Shown: in pieces, positions 1 through 12,119 of the stretch
Numbering within the stretch: position 1 is the stretch's first letter
Layout: every line of letters begins with the position of its first letter
DNA from: Octopus vulgaris
Taxonomy: Eukaryota
Direction of reading: 5' to 3'
Assembly (NCBI GenBank): GCA_951406725.2
Contig: OX597828.1
Coordinates: 2,170,001-2,234,000 of the forward strand
DNA length: 64,000 nt
Program-made: the position numbers and the translations under genes
The notes under the pieces: model-generated
Databases searched by the model: none
Told to the model about the DNA's origin: nothing
The model's input: only the letters and a program-made list of their open reading frames with translations

Positions 1-2578
1 AGATTTCTTGCCAATAGAGAAAGAGCCGGTTTCTAACCTAGATCCAATACTTCTTCATTGGAATTTCATCAACGTCAACATGGTATTTTTGTATGTATGT
101 ATATGTGCAGTATTTGGAGTCAGTGCATATGTAGATTTGTATGTTTTGTTTTATGCATGTATTCTCATGCATATAGTTGCATGAGAATACAGATTTTTAC
201 AGTTCCAGTGATGGATTGGCTCAATAGTCTTCGAATCATTTTTCACCTTTCTGGTTTTGAAAAGTCTAACTTCGCAAGATTAGTATCTAGGCAATGTGTT
301 ACATATCCCAGTGTCCCAATAATTACAGATATAAATCTGGACTCATAGTTCAGCGTAGGTATTTTCTCTTTCGGTACTCTTTCGGCAGCTGATTTCCACA
401 ATTATACACAGTTTCTCTTCTCTATCCCAAATCACTACGTCACGTTTGTTATGTTTACATTTTATTGAAGTTTTCACTAAGACATTCCACCAGTAGTGCT
501 TCTTATTAGGAGTGGCTATAGTGTTTACCATACTGTAGGTTCTTATTTCTTTGGCCTCTGGGTTATCCTTCCGACGGATCTCATTAAACAGTGTCTTAGC
601 TACATTATGTCTCTGCTATAGATAATGTTGTGATGACATTTTAGGAGAATTGCTTATAATGTGGGTGATATTCCCTGTTCCTGGATTGCAAACGCATGCC
701 CTTCAGGCTAAGAGTTTGTAGTCCGGCTATTGGTCCATGATAGACTGCTTTGATGATCAATGTTATTATCCCGGAGCTTTCCGCTACAATCTATGTATGG
801 CTTTCTACTAGCTCATCCTTTCATCCTTTCATCCGATGACGTGTTGCGCTAGATATACTGCATGTGTTTAAGGTTATCAGACTAGGAATGCAGTTCAAAG
901 AGCTGCTTTCCAAGTCTCATGATGTTAGTTTCATCATGTATGCAAACTTGGTCAAGGGATGCACTTCGACACTTGGTGGTCTAAAGATGTTGCCGAAGGG
1001 ATACGATACGACATTCAAAAGCAGTCTGCCTGCTTTGTTTTTGTTTTAGGTAGAGGCGGTCTACATCGTTGTTGACGTGGAAATTATGTGTGCTGATTAC
1101 TCTCTTCCGGGTTTTCACATCAAGACTCGGATCTCATCAAGCGTCCATTCAAGTAACACAAATGTTGGTATGAGTACTGGTACTGCAAACACATTGTCGG
1201 CCACTGTTTTATTGATTGCAGAGAGTTCCAAGGTCCATATTTTCTTTGTTCGGCAGTAATATTCTTTAGTGATATGTGTCTTGTTACAGGTGCCATCATA
1301 AGATATGTTTTCGTCTACCCTTAGACACCTATAACATTCTTCATCGGATACAGGGAAAAACAATTAAATCATTGATGGAGATGTTGCTAGTCTGGTTTAC
1401 CGATTTCCCTCTTTTCAAAACCATATAGCAACGTTCATCTCGACCAAACTCCATGTTTTAATAAGGTCAAGGGTCCTTTTCATCTCATGCATATTATTGG
1501 CATATAGTTTCAAGTCATCCACGACGGGACAGTGAGTAATTTTTTTTCTATTTCTTTGTGAATCAATGAGATATCCTTAAGACTTCCTTAACATGAATGA
1601 CAAGGGGGTTACAGAAAGTATAATCAGCATCACAGAGATGTTGTCCCCTTGGAATATACCTCTGCGATATTGTATTATATCAGTGATAATACTATCATTC
1701 CTTGCATTTAACTTCAAGATAGTGCCCCACGTTGAAGTCAGGTCAGTTATGGCTTTGGTCATACTCACTAGAAATTTTGCAAGTCTAAGGACTTTTAGCA
1801 TCCATGAGTAGGGAATAGAATCAAAGGTTTTCATGTAGTCCAATCACATTCAAAATGAGGTTCCTCCTAAGTACCCGCACCTCTGACTTTACAGTTTTAT
1901 TTATTAACAATTGCTCGGCATATCCCCAGACTTCCTTCTTCTCAGCTGCTTGTTCTGCTGTGATGATGTTATTACTGTCACTCTATTCTTGGAAGAATGT
2001 TGTACATATGTTCGATATCTCAGAGATGAAGAATTCTGTGCATTACCTATATTATTTACATTGGACGGATGTGTCCTCATCTTGTTTGTTGTTACCACAA
2101 CGTTTCGGCTGATTTACTTTCCAGCCTTCCTCAGGTGTTCTGGTAGAAAACTAAAAGAGGCAGCACATATGCTAGGACACAATAACCTCCTGAGCGTTTT
2201 CGTTTATACTGTTTGGGAGAAGGTTATTTTCAGATCTTGTTTTAATAAAGTTACATTCACTAACTTTCTTTTTATGTTCCACAAATGTTGCTTGCTGGCG
2301 TAATTATTTCGCAATAAAATAATTTAGTTCTGGGTGCAGGTCGTCCCAGTATGATTTCATTCTATTCATATAGCCAACAGCGGGGTCCTGTTTCTCTGGG
2401 GTTTTTTTTATTGACAGTTAAATAAATCAGTATTCAGTTCATAACTCCAAGAAAATGTGTTTTGTAGTTAAGGTTTCTTCTATAACTACAGCTAGAAGGA
2501 GTCTCTTTGCCTGTTGAGCTGCTGTTTTCATTCTGATCTTCGGTTGTGTTGTTGATGTTGCCGTGTCCAGCCATGGTA

Positions 2579-3848
2579 CGAGGGACGTTCAATAAGTAAT
2601 GCCCCTGACCCATTTTCCGTTGTTTGATCTAGCTGCAATTTTGCATGTGCACTCATTTATATCTCTATAGAGTAAGTGGCAAATTACAGCTCTGAACTAA
2701 TTGTGGTTTCTGATTTACAGGTGTTTGAACTGAGTCAAGTGTGAAATGGAGGCTGTTGAGTGTCGAGCAGTGATCCGGTTTTTGTATTTGAAAGGACGCA
2801 CACCACGGGAGACTTTTGATGAAATGAAAGTAGCTTATGGTGATGATGCCCCATCATATGACCTTGTAAAACGCTGGGATCGTGAATTCAAACATGGTCG
2901 GAACTCTGTGGAAACAGCTCCCAGATCTGGTCGCCCCCTTCTGCCATTGATGAGGCATCTGTCCGTCAAGTTGAGGCTGCCATTTTGGAAGATCGACGCA
3001 TAATTATTCGCCAAATAGCCCATGAGGTCAAGATTAGTACCGGGTCTGTGGAAACTATCATTCATGACCATTTGCATATGCAAAAGGTGTCTGCCAGATG
3101 GATTCCCAGGTTGCTCACGCCTTTCCAGAAGCAAGAACGCGTCGAGTGATCGAGGATGAATTTGGAGATGTGCCAAGAAGATGAGTCAAAATTTTTCAAA
3201 AGACTGATTACACAGGATGAAAGCTGGGTCCATCACGATGATCCAGAGACCAAAGCCCAGTCAATGCAGTGGAAGCACCGTGACTCACCCCCTCCAAAGA
3301 AGGCAAGGGTGCATCCCTCCGCTGGCAAGGTCATGCTCACAGTCTTCTGGGACCAGGACGGAGTAGTGATGACAGATTTCCTGGCAAAGGGTACCACAAT
3401 TACAGGAGCCTATTATGCTTCACTTTTGAGGAAATTAAGAGAAGTTATCAAAATCAAGAGGCGGGGCAAGATCAGCAAAGGCATCCTCCTCCTGCAGGAC
3501 AACGCTCCGGTCCACAACTCGCTTGTCGCCAGATCAGAAGCATAGGCGTATGGCTATGAACCCTGTGACCTTGCACCCTCTGATTTTCACCTCTTCCCAG
3601 TCATGAAGTTGTTTTTGAAAGGAAAGCGTTTCCCAGATGATGCAGCCTTGATTTCTGAAGTCACGTTCAGGTTGGAGGACCAAGCTGGGGTCTTCTACAA
3701 AAACGGTCTCCAGAGCCGCATCAAACGAGGTAGAAATGCGTAACTCTGGATGGTTCCTATGTAAAAAAAGACTAATAACTGTGCCAAGTTTCGTTGCTCT
3801 ACTGCTATAGGAAGTGGGTCAGGGGCATTACTTATTGAACGCCCCTCG
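2579..3848 (+). mobile_element. Full-length mariner (Tc1/mariner) DNA transposon
   Basis: 34-bp TIRs CGAGGGACGTTCAATAAGTAATGCCCCTGACCCA / TGGGTCAGGGGCATTACTTATTGAACGCCCCTCG (1 mismatch). TA target duplication at 2577-2578 and 3849-3850. Length 1270 bp. Confidence 0.97.
2746..3776 (+). pseudogene. Mariner transposase pseudogene
   Basis: MEAVECRAVIRFLYLKG..PRSGRP (HTH), ITQDESWVHH, LLQDNAPVH and DLAPSDFHLF motifs. Frameshift near 2940 and in-frame stops. Confidence 0.93.
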
Positions 3849-4139
3849 TAAACTCATGCTTTAGACAAAAACTAGAATAAAAGGCTCCCCCAGCTAATTT
3901 ATCTGAAGATTAACCAGTTATTTAACAAAGCTGTGGCTTCAAAGTTGGAGATAGTATTCATCGTATTTTCGATAAAGAGTCTCCCTCGCCAAATACGCGA
4001 CTTATCACTCCGAGTGTGTGTGTGTGCGTGTGTGTGTGCGTGTGTGTGTATGTATGTATGTATGTATGTATGTATGTATGTATGTATGTATGTGTGTATG
4101 TATGTATGTGTGCTTGCAATATGTACTATGGATGTATGT

Positions 4140-4780
4140 GTGTGTATGTATGCATGTATGTATATGTGCAGATTTGTATGTTTTGCTTTATGTATGTATT
4201 CTCAAGCATATAGTTACATATCTAGACTTGCCCTTATATATTTAAATGGTTAGCTTTTGGAAAGTTTTACAGATTTTTACAGTTCCACTGATGGATTGGA
4301 TCTGTAGTCGTCGAATTAGCTTTAACCTTTCTCGCTCAAGATTGGTATTTAGACAGTGTGTTACATATCCCAGGGCCTAATAATTACATGTATAAGCCTG
4401 AACTTGTAATCCGGATAGAGTAACTGTAGATTTCTCAACAGTTCAGCATAGGTGTTCTCTTTTTCACTGATCTTCAGCTTTATGTTAACATCCGCCGGGC
4501 AGCTAATTTCCACAACTCTGCACAGTTTCTCTTCTCTACCCCATATCATTATACCAGATCTGTTGTGCTTACGTTTTGTTGAGGTTTTTACTGGGACATT
4601 CCACCAGTACTCCTTTTTATTAGTTCTAACTACAACATCGTTCTAACTACAACATCATGTCTCGTCGGTAGATAATGCCGTGATGGCATTTTCGGACAAC
4701 TGCTTATCATGTGGGTGATATCTTAGGTGTGAACTACATAAAGTTTGCATTGGCTGACATATTTCCTTGTTTTTCCTTAT
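4140..4780 (-). mobile_element. 5'-truncated second copy of the R4/Dong-like LINE (endonuclease and 3' end)
   Basis: IWGREEKLCRVVEISCPADVNIKLKISEKENTYAELL (4361-4549) is paralogous to 343-531. The 3' end matches ~90-250. Flanked by (TATG)n on both sides. Confidence 0.85.
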
Positions 4781-5269
4781 GTATGTATGTATGTATGTAT
4801 GTATGTATGTATACGATGAGCTTCCACAAAGTCTCCGTCTACCAAATCCACTCACAAAGCAATGATCGGTCCGGAGCTATAGATCAAGTCACGTATCCAG
4901 CGTTAAAGATTAGAGAAAAGAATATTCATGTGCTGAAGTAATGAGAAATTAGTTATTTTCGATTTATAGCTATGTTTATTCTAACCACTTGGATTTATAA
5001 CTAACTGTGAAGGTGGGCTCCACAAATCACTAAATTAACAAAGGACACTGCTAAATTAAAAATTACAATTACAAGAGATTATTGTCTCTGTCGAAATATG
5101 TAAAACATTCCAGAAGTTTAGAAAGTAATATGTGTATGGATACATGTGTTGACATTCACGTATGTACCTGTACACATATATATGTTAAAACATAGATCCA
5201 TTTATGGAATGACGTCCACATTTGCATGTATGTATGCGTGGGCGCATGCATATATACATTCTGAGATTC

Positions 5270-5608
5270 TGAGACCCACTTCGGTCACGACACTGACCAT
5301 GGGATTACACCTAAAAAGTTACCCTCCCAGGCACAAGTCCGGGTAAGGTTGTTTATGGAAGACCAGCAGTCGCCCACACATACAAGCCTCTCCTCTCTAC
5401 GCCACCAGTGTTATCCAAGGGAAAGGTATAGGCCGATGCAGCTTGGCACCTGTGACGTCGCAACTCATTTCTACAGCTGAGTGAACTGGAGCAACGTGAA
5501 ATAAAGTATCTTGCTCAAGAACACAACATGCAGCCCGGTCTGGGATTCGAGCTCACAACCTCACGATCGTAAGATCGACGTTCTAACCACTGAGCCATGC
5601 GCCTTCAC
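5270..5608 (-). mobile_element. tRNA-derived SINE
   Basis: Minus-strand head GGCGCATGGCTCAGTGGTTAG (A box) and GCTCGAATCC (B box), then a conserved TTGAGCAAGATACT..CTCAGCTGTAGAAATGAG body. A related copy lies at 33555-33770. Confidence 0.85.
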
Positions 5609-5650
5609 ATATACATAAACATATACATATAAGTATAAAATATGCGTGCG

Positions 5651-5692
<42 letters not shown>

Positions 5693-7599
5693 ATGCATAC
5701 ACACTAAAGACGCATGCTTTCACCTCATTGTATTTTGATTGTTCACAATAATATATAGCCCGTATGTCAAGAAAGATTTTACAAAGATTTACAGATTTGG
5801 ACTAATGTTTAACAGTTATATGCTGAAGTGAGTTACAGGTTTAGAAAAATTTCACTTATAGTTGACAGTATGTTACTTTACTATTATACCGTTAACATAG
5901 TCTTGTCCGAAATGAAATATTTACGCTTTTCAGTGAAGAATAGATATGTAATTGATGTTACAGGATATCTTTCTCGAGAAAAGTATTTTCTGAAATTATT
6001 TCCTATTTTCTTTTATCCCGCAAACAATTGAATTTCGTGTTATTGTAAGCAGTTTAGCTTTAGCCTATTATTAGACGATGAAAGAAATACAAGAACAGAA
6101 AAAGAAGATTAAGAGAATCGACTATATAAACTGCAAAGCTGAATGAACACGTCAACGTATATTATCTCAGTATCTCAAATGATTTTAATTACATTCTTCT
6201 GATAGACAGCCACTCAAATATTATGCGTAGATGCTGATTTATTGAAGCAATTCTGTTAGAAAACCAAAGTGTATATATGTAGAAGAAATTAAATAATAAC
6301 AACTAAATCTACGAGCAAGCTTCTAAGTTTGTGATAATCAGAGATTTATTCAAGATACTCGAGAAAAAAAATATACGAAAATCGGTAAGGTAATGTCGTC
6401 ATCGAGAATTTTTGTACAACAATTTAATTACTTCATAATGAAATAAACAACTACTTATACAAAATTTTTTGAAAACTCACGATGTGCTTTTGTTTAAGCG
6501 AATTATTTCAAAGATCGGATCTAGGTTAATCAGAATCCTACCATATATTAATTAACACATTCATTAACCATTTTGTTTTCATTCCACTTTGAGTGAAGCA
6601 TTAATATTTCAGAATCAATTTTGCGGCGAAAGTAAGGCTAGTTTTATCAGCAAGTTCTAGTTATTTTCTCCTTTTATATCTGGATGTAGAAAATTGACTG
6701 CTTCTTTATCTTAAGTCGCCCCGCAAAAAATTCATTTTTTTATTTTTGTTATTGTGGTATTTCTATGTAAATAGTTTTTGCTTTTGAAAGTAATTAAATA
6801 TGGCTTCATCTGTACTGATGTTTCTAATTTCTATATTGGACATCAGTTTTGCACTGTCCACATTCCAGCAACAGAGTTTTATCTAAATAAGCGCACTGAA
6901 ATAAGTAAACCACTTCTTATGCCTATACCGAGTACATTTATACATCTCACACACACACACACGTGCACACACATATATAAATAGAGCTATGTGATATAAA
7001 ATTCTTTCGACAATCAGATGTTCACAACTCCTGTTGATATTCGTGCAAGTAGTACTTCAAACTAACTCTGATAGATATTTAAATATGAATTTATAGCATA
7101 TAACAACTAGTAGCTAATCAGGGCAATCAATTTCCCCTTAATGTATCACTGTAGATTGGACAAAACTAAGTTGGAATTTGATTTCAGATATGCCCCTTAA
7201 TTATGATCAGTTCCACTATCTTTTGAGGTTTTTAAATTCAGTTTAGTGTTTCGTATTCAATTTTTACACTTTTAACTCCAAAATTACAGTTCAATATAAA
7301 TATCGTCTACTACTTAAGTCCTTCCACTTACATCCTTCCCCTTAAGTTATGACGGGATTTCGTGTGCAGCTCAGTCAAAAGCAGCAATATGGAAGAAGGA
7401 AGAGAAATTATTACAACAAGATTTCGCAAATCTATGATATTTTGCAAACAACTTGCTCATGCAAGTGCTACCAGACAAAGGCTTTGCATGCCGAAGCCAG
7501 CAAGTGTATGGAGTCATCAGGAGAGAATGCGTCCTGTTGTACACCGGCCCCCTCACTGACATAAGAACACGCTTCGTAAATCAGCTGGTTAGCAGATAT

Positions 7600-8870
7600 A
7601 GTTCAATATTCTTCTAGCCATCGTCCGTCGTTTCTTTTTCAACAAATCCAGTAGCTAGCCTTCTCCACTGTAGTTTGGATATCGCTCATGGTGGTATTTG
7701 CTTTACGATGAGTTAGGCCTAACGATAACAACAGTCACCTCACACTGTGTCCAACGAATCGTCTACGTCCGACTTCGACTGGAAAATGCTCCGCCTTCCA
7801 GCCTGCGTCTTCACATTCCTCGCGGATGTTTACATACCAGTCAACCTTTCGAACCCGAGCAGCGTCCATGTTATCTTCGAACCGTTAACTCGATTAGATT
7901 CACCACTTTCTTTTTTTCTTTCATACCACATTATAATATCCGGTTTTTTCATAACTGGGATAAGAAAGAATCCTTGGCACTCTGGTAAATCGGTAGCCAC
8001 CACCCAATAGCCTTTCTGCTTTGCATCGCTCACGGGAAGGTTCCCCTTCTTCTTGAAACGGATCTGCTGTCCGTCCTGAGTGCAAGAAGGTAATGAAATC
8101 TCTGTCTGGTTCTTTCAAGGTTTTTTTTTCCACCGTTGATGAGAGCAATCTGGTTCTTTATAGCGTTGAAGATAACCTTAAGGAGCAGATTGTGTCTCCG
8201 CGTATATCTGTTCAATGCCAGTAAACAGTTGGAAAGAATATGTTTCAGTGTTCCGACTTTTCGGCATTTGCATATATCATTTTCTGAGACGTCCCATCTT
8301 ACTAGATTTGTAGGTGATGGCAAGACATCATAAAATGAACGAATCAGAAAACTTAGACGTGGTGTAGTCCACCTCCGTATCTCATTCCATCTTATTTTCC
8401 TCTTAACAACACGTTCCTCCCATCTCGTCATCTGTCCTTGCTGAGCGCATTGGATCAAATGAATCTCTCTTCTCTCTGTTTCACTTGTTTCGGCGTTGTT
8501 GCTAACAACAGATCTGCGTTCGCTTTGCAACATACTTGCAAACGGTCTGAATCGATCTGCACCAAATGTGCGTTGCACCCACCATATCTCGGTGTGTAAG
8601 TGAAGACAGAATGTCATCAGTCTCTGCTTCTGCTTTCCACTTCCAGGCTATTTTACATCTGGTGGATTACGCCTCATTTTTATGTCATTCGACTCTCTCA
8701 GCATCATCACCGTTCATTCCTTCCCTAGTTTATGAATTTCGACTATTGACGCCAGTAGTAACTGCAACGAGCCTCTTTTACAATAGAAAGTTGAACCGTT
8801 CAATATCTGAGGTAGGCCTAGCCACTTTCTAATGAACACATTACACTGTTGTGTTTGGGGAGAGTCATTT
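7600..8870 (-). mobile_element. HERO/R2-like RLE non-LTR retrotransposon, 3' fragment
   Basis: QQGQMTRWE..LSFLIRSFYDVLPSPTNLVRW..CKCRKVGTLKHILSNC..RHN (CCHC knuckle, 8030-8617), then KPDIIMW and EDNMDAARVRK..FPVEVG endonuclease motifs in shifted frames. Confidence 0.85.
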
Positions 8871-9762
8871 TCTTTTTGTGCCTTATAAAACGAAACATTA
8901 CACTGTATTAAAATTATTATATACACACTTACGAAGTTTAACATAAACGCTTTCTGAAACTATTCTTCAGATGGACATTTTCTCTAAATGGAACGAATCA
9001 ATTTCTTCATTAACTACAATGCGATGTCTAAAGCACTTTCCATTAATTTTCAATTGATTATTTCCAATTACAGCTCTCTAACTTCAGTGGTATTTTTATC
9101 CATTATTCGTTCAGTTCCAATATCTCTTGTCTTCTAAAACTTAGACACAATTCAATGGATTAAAATGTAACTATACAACACCTAAAATTACTAGGAAATC
9201 TGTAGGACATTTAAAAATTCCTTTTGGCTTCTGCTACTACACTTCTTGTGGTTATTTCTTTTTTATTTTCGGTCTTTCACCCCTCTTACCTTTTTCTCCA
9301 TTTACTTTTCTTTCATCTTTCGTTTGTCTTTGTATTTTCTTTTGTTTACCACTTCATTCACCCTTTCATTGTATTCTCAGAAATGATTGTTTTCATCCAC
9401 TTTCTCCTGATTTTCCTCTATAATCGTCACCAACATCTCCACTCTCTAATTCTTCTTCACCACTATTTTACTCATTGCTTTTCCTTCTTTTTGTCCACAC
9501 TCCGCATATCTTCTTTCATAACTTCGCATTTTTTATCTATCAGAGTTTGCATAAGTAACTATAATGGTTAAATGGTACTCTTACGCTATATTTCACCGAC
9601 AAAAAGAAAGAAAACAAACTGAAGAACAGAAGTTGTCTGGTAACGTTCTTATCTTCCTGCAGTGTCAGACGGAAAGACGTTATGACAACGAAAGTAACGT
9701 ACTATTTTCTTCCCTATATCCCCGCACAGTATTTCACACACACACGCTAGTGCATATGTGTA

Positions 9763-9830
<68 letters not shown>

Positions 9831-9831
9831 T

Positions 9832-9871
<40 letters not shown>

Positions 9872-10689
9872 CACTGTTTTCCCACTAATGATTTTTGCCT
9901 TGTGGATTTATAATTATACACATACATATATATTTTCTAAAATAACACAAAGAAAATTGTATCATGTGTCATTTATCTCTCTTTCTTGGACTGCAGTGAC
10001 ACAGACAGTTAACCACACATAATATACTGAAGAATTACATTACGTTGAGATAAGCAACCAGTGAATCAAGTCAAGTAAAGAACGTACCACTGGAAACTCC
10101 AGTCTGCTGTAAACTTTCCTTCATATACATACTGTGTTGTGCTAATGCCATCTAGAGAGATTTTAACATCAATCCATCAGAATCTCCTACAATCATAAAA
10201 AGCCAATATAGACAAATTTTGTGAAAGTTTCCAAATATCCTGCTGTAGTTGAACGAATTTTACGGTAATATTTTTGCGGTAATAAGGATTTGGTTATGTT
10301 CAGTTAACATAGAATAGATTATCATCAGATTCTCTTATGGTTTTCTCCAGTAGTTAGCACCAAAGGGACAGTATTTTCGTGTCACTAAACTACAGAACTT
10401 GTGTAATCTTATTTGAAAAATAAGAGTGCATTGTGTAAATCTCCTGACTTTTACAAACGCCAGACTTGTAAAAAATAAATACGTATTAATTTATATCGCA
10501 AATTATATTAATAATGTACTGCAGTAAGTAATTTATCAGATTACTTAACCGTTGTATATTGCTTACATGCTTTGTGTATACAGTAACCTTCTTCTTCTTC
10601 TTCTTCTTCTTCTTCTTCTTCTGCTTCTTCTACTCCTTTTTTTCTACTACCTCACTTACTCATCCTGTATACACACACACACATACAAG

Positions 10690-10743
<54 letters not shown>

Positions 10744-11149
10744 TATGTAAAAAAATACAACCTGGGACAAGAACGCAAAACATTTAGAAGACGATACAAA
10801 AAACACAATCTTCCGTCAAGAACCGGATCATCCTCGTAATTTCGGCTGATTATATGTATATATATGTATGTATGTATGTATGTATATATATAATTATTAA
10901 GACTGAAAACGTAGAGATCTAATGGATCAATTAACATATTCACCGACAATTGTTTCATTTCACAACCAAAATTATATATAATCTTTTTAAAATACCTTGG
11001 ATGGAAAATCATCAGGGTGCACAAAGGACAATACAAAGATTACATTATGATCCGTTAAAATAAACATGATTGATATACAATCAGGTTTATTATGTATGGA
11101 TATGTGTGTGTGCACGCATGCGCTAATGTTATTACTTCATTTTTAGTTC

Positions 11150-11348
<199 letters not shown>

Positions 11349-11756
11349 GAAACATTATTGTTCCTAAATTTCTCAACGAGAGATACTCAGTGACAGTACT
11401 TTACACTAAAGGTTATTTGTAAACCTAATGTGACAGTCCCGGTTGCTACTGTTGTTTAGCCTCAGGAGACATCGTCTCCAGCTGGCTACACGACACACAA
11501 TCTGTATCCTTATATTTTCGAAAAGGGGAGTTTAGCCCCCACCCCACCCCCACCCAGCACAAAGTAGTATTTGTGGACCGCACAATAATCGTGAATAAGG
11601 AGTTATAGTATATAAGAGTAAAATTACATAATGAATAAAACACAGTAAAAGTGAAATAAAATTTATGTTCATGAAATAAAGTTTATACTCATGTTTGTAT
11701 AAGTTTGTGTGTATGTGCATGCGTATATGTATGTATATGTATATGATATATATATA

Positions 11757-11828
<72 letters not shown>

Positions 11829-12017
11829 GTATATTCTGTTGTGTCTGGAGAGAGTCATTTTATTTTTGTGCTTTATAATATAACACACTCACCGGTAAAA
11901 TTTCCACTTGTTTCTTATTTTTATTTTTCTAAAATTTTCGTTACGTCTTGCAACCTTTTCAACCAAATCCAAAAACGAAATATATATATATACTTTATTT
12001 AAAAGCAGCAGAAATAT

Positions 12018-12070
12018 AACAAAAGCTGTTACTTGGAGTTTCACGTTCCCGTTCGTCAGACAGTTTTGTT
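12018..12070 (-). ncRNA. Type I hammerhead ribozyme (minimal), copy 1
   Basis: Minus strand: AACAAAACUGU-CUGACGA-ACG-GGAA-CGU-GAAAC-UCCAA-GUA-ACAGCUUUUGUU. Full core; stems I and II pair. Confidence 0.85.
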
Positions 12071-12079
12071 TTAACAAAT

Positions 12080-12119
12080 GCTGTTACTCGGAGTTTCACG
12101 TTCCCGTTCGTCAGACAGC
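12080..12119 (-). ncRNA. Type I hammerhead ribozyme (minimal), copy 2
   Basis: Minus strand: GCUGU-CUGACGA-ACG-GGAA-CGU-GAAAC-UCCGA-GUA-ACAGC. A partial third copy lies at 12130-12143. Confidence 0.85.

Larger units (their letters stand above)
85..4012 (-). mobile_element. Degenerate R4/Dong-like (RLE-type) non-LTR retrotransposon, interrupted by a mariner at 2579-3848
   Basis: Minus-strand remnants: RT motifs DYMKTFDSIP..RRGIFQGDNIS (1577-1843) and VDDLKLY (~1502-1525); RLE-type endonuclease NKRDVVIWDREEKLCIIVEISC (343-531). A probable ORF start ATG lies at 2574, and the putative 5' UTR resumes at 3851-4012. Many stops and frameshifts. Confidence 0.8.

Noticed and set aside
5535-5608. tRNA gene
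   Set aside because: The tRNA-like head runs into a SINE body, has no proper acceptor stem and is multi-copy.
9224-9571. Hydrophobic membrane-protein-like ORFs (also 40890-41312 and 51239-51616)
   Set aside because: Arise from pyrimidine-rich low-complexity DNA; no domain or splice evidence.
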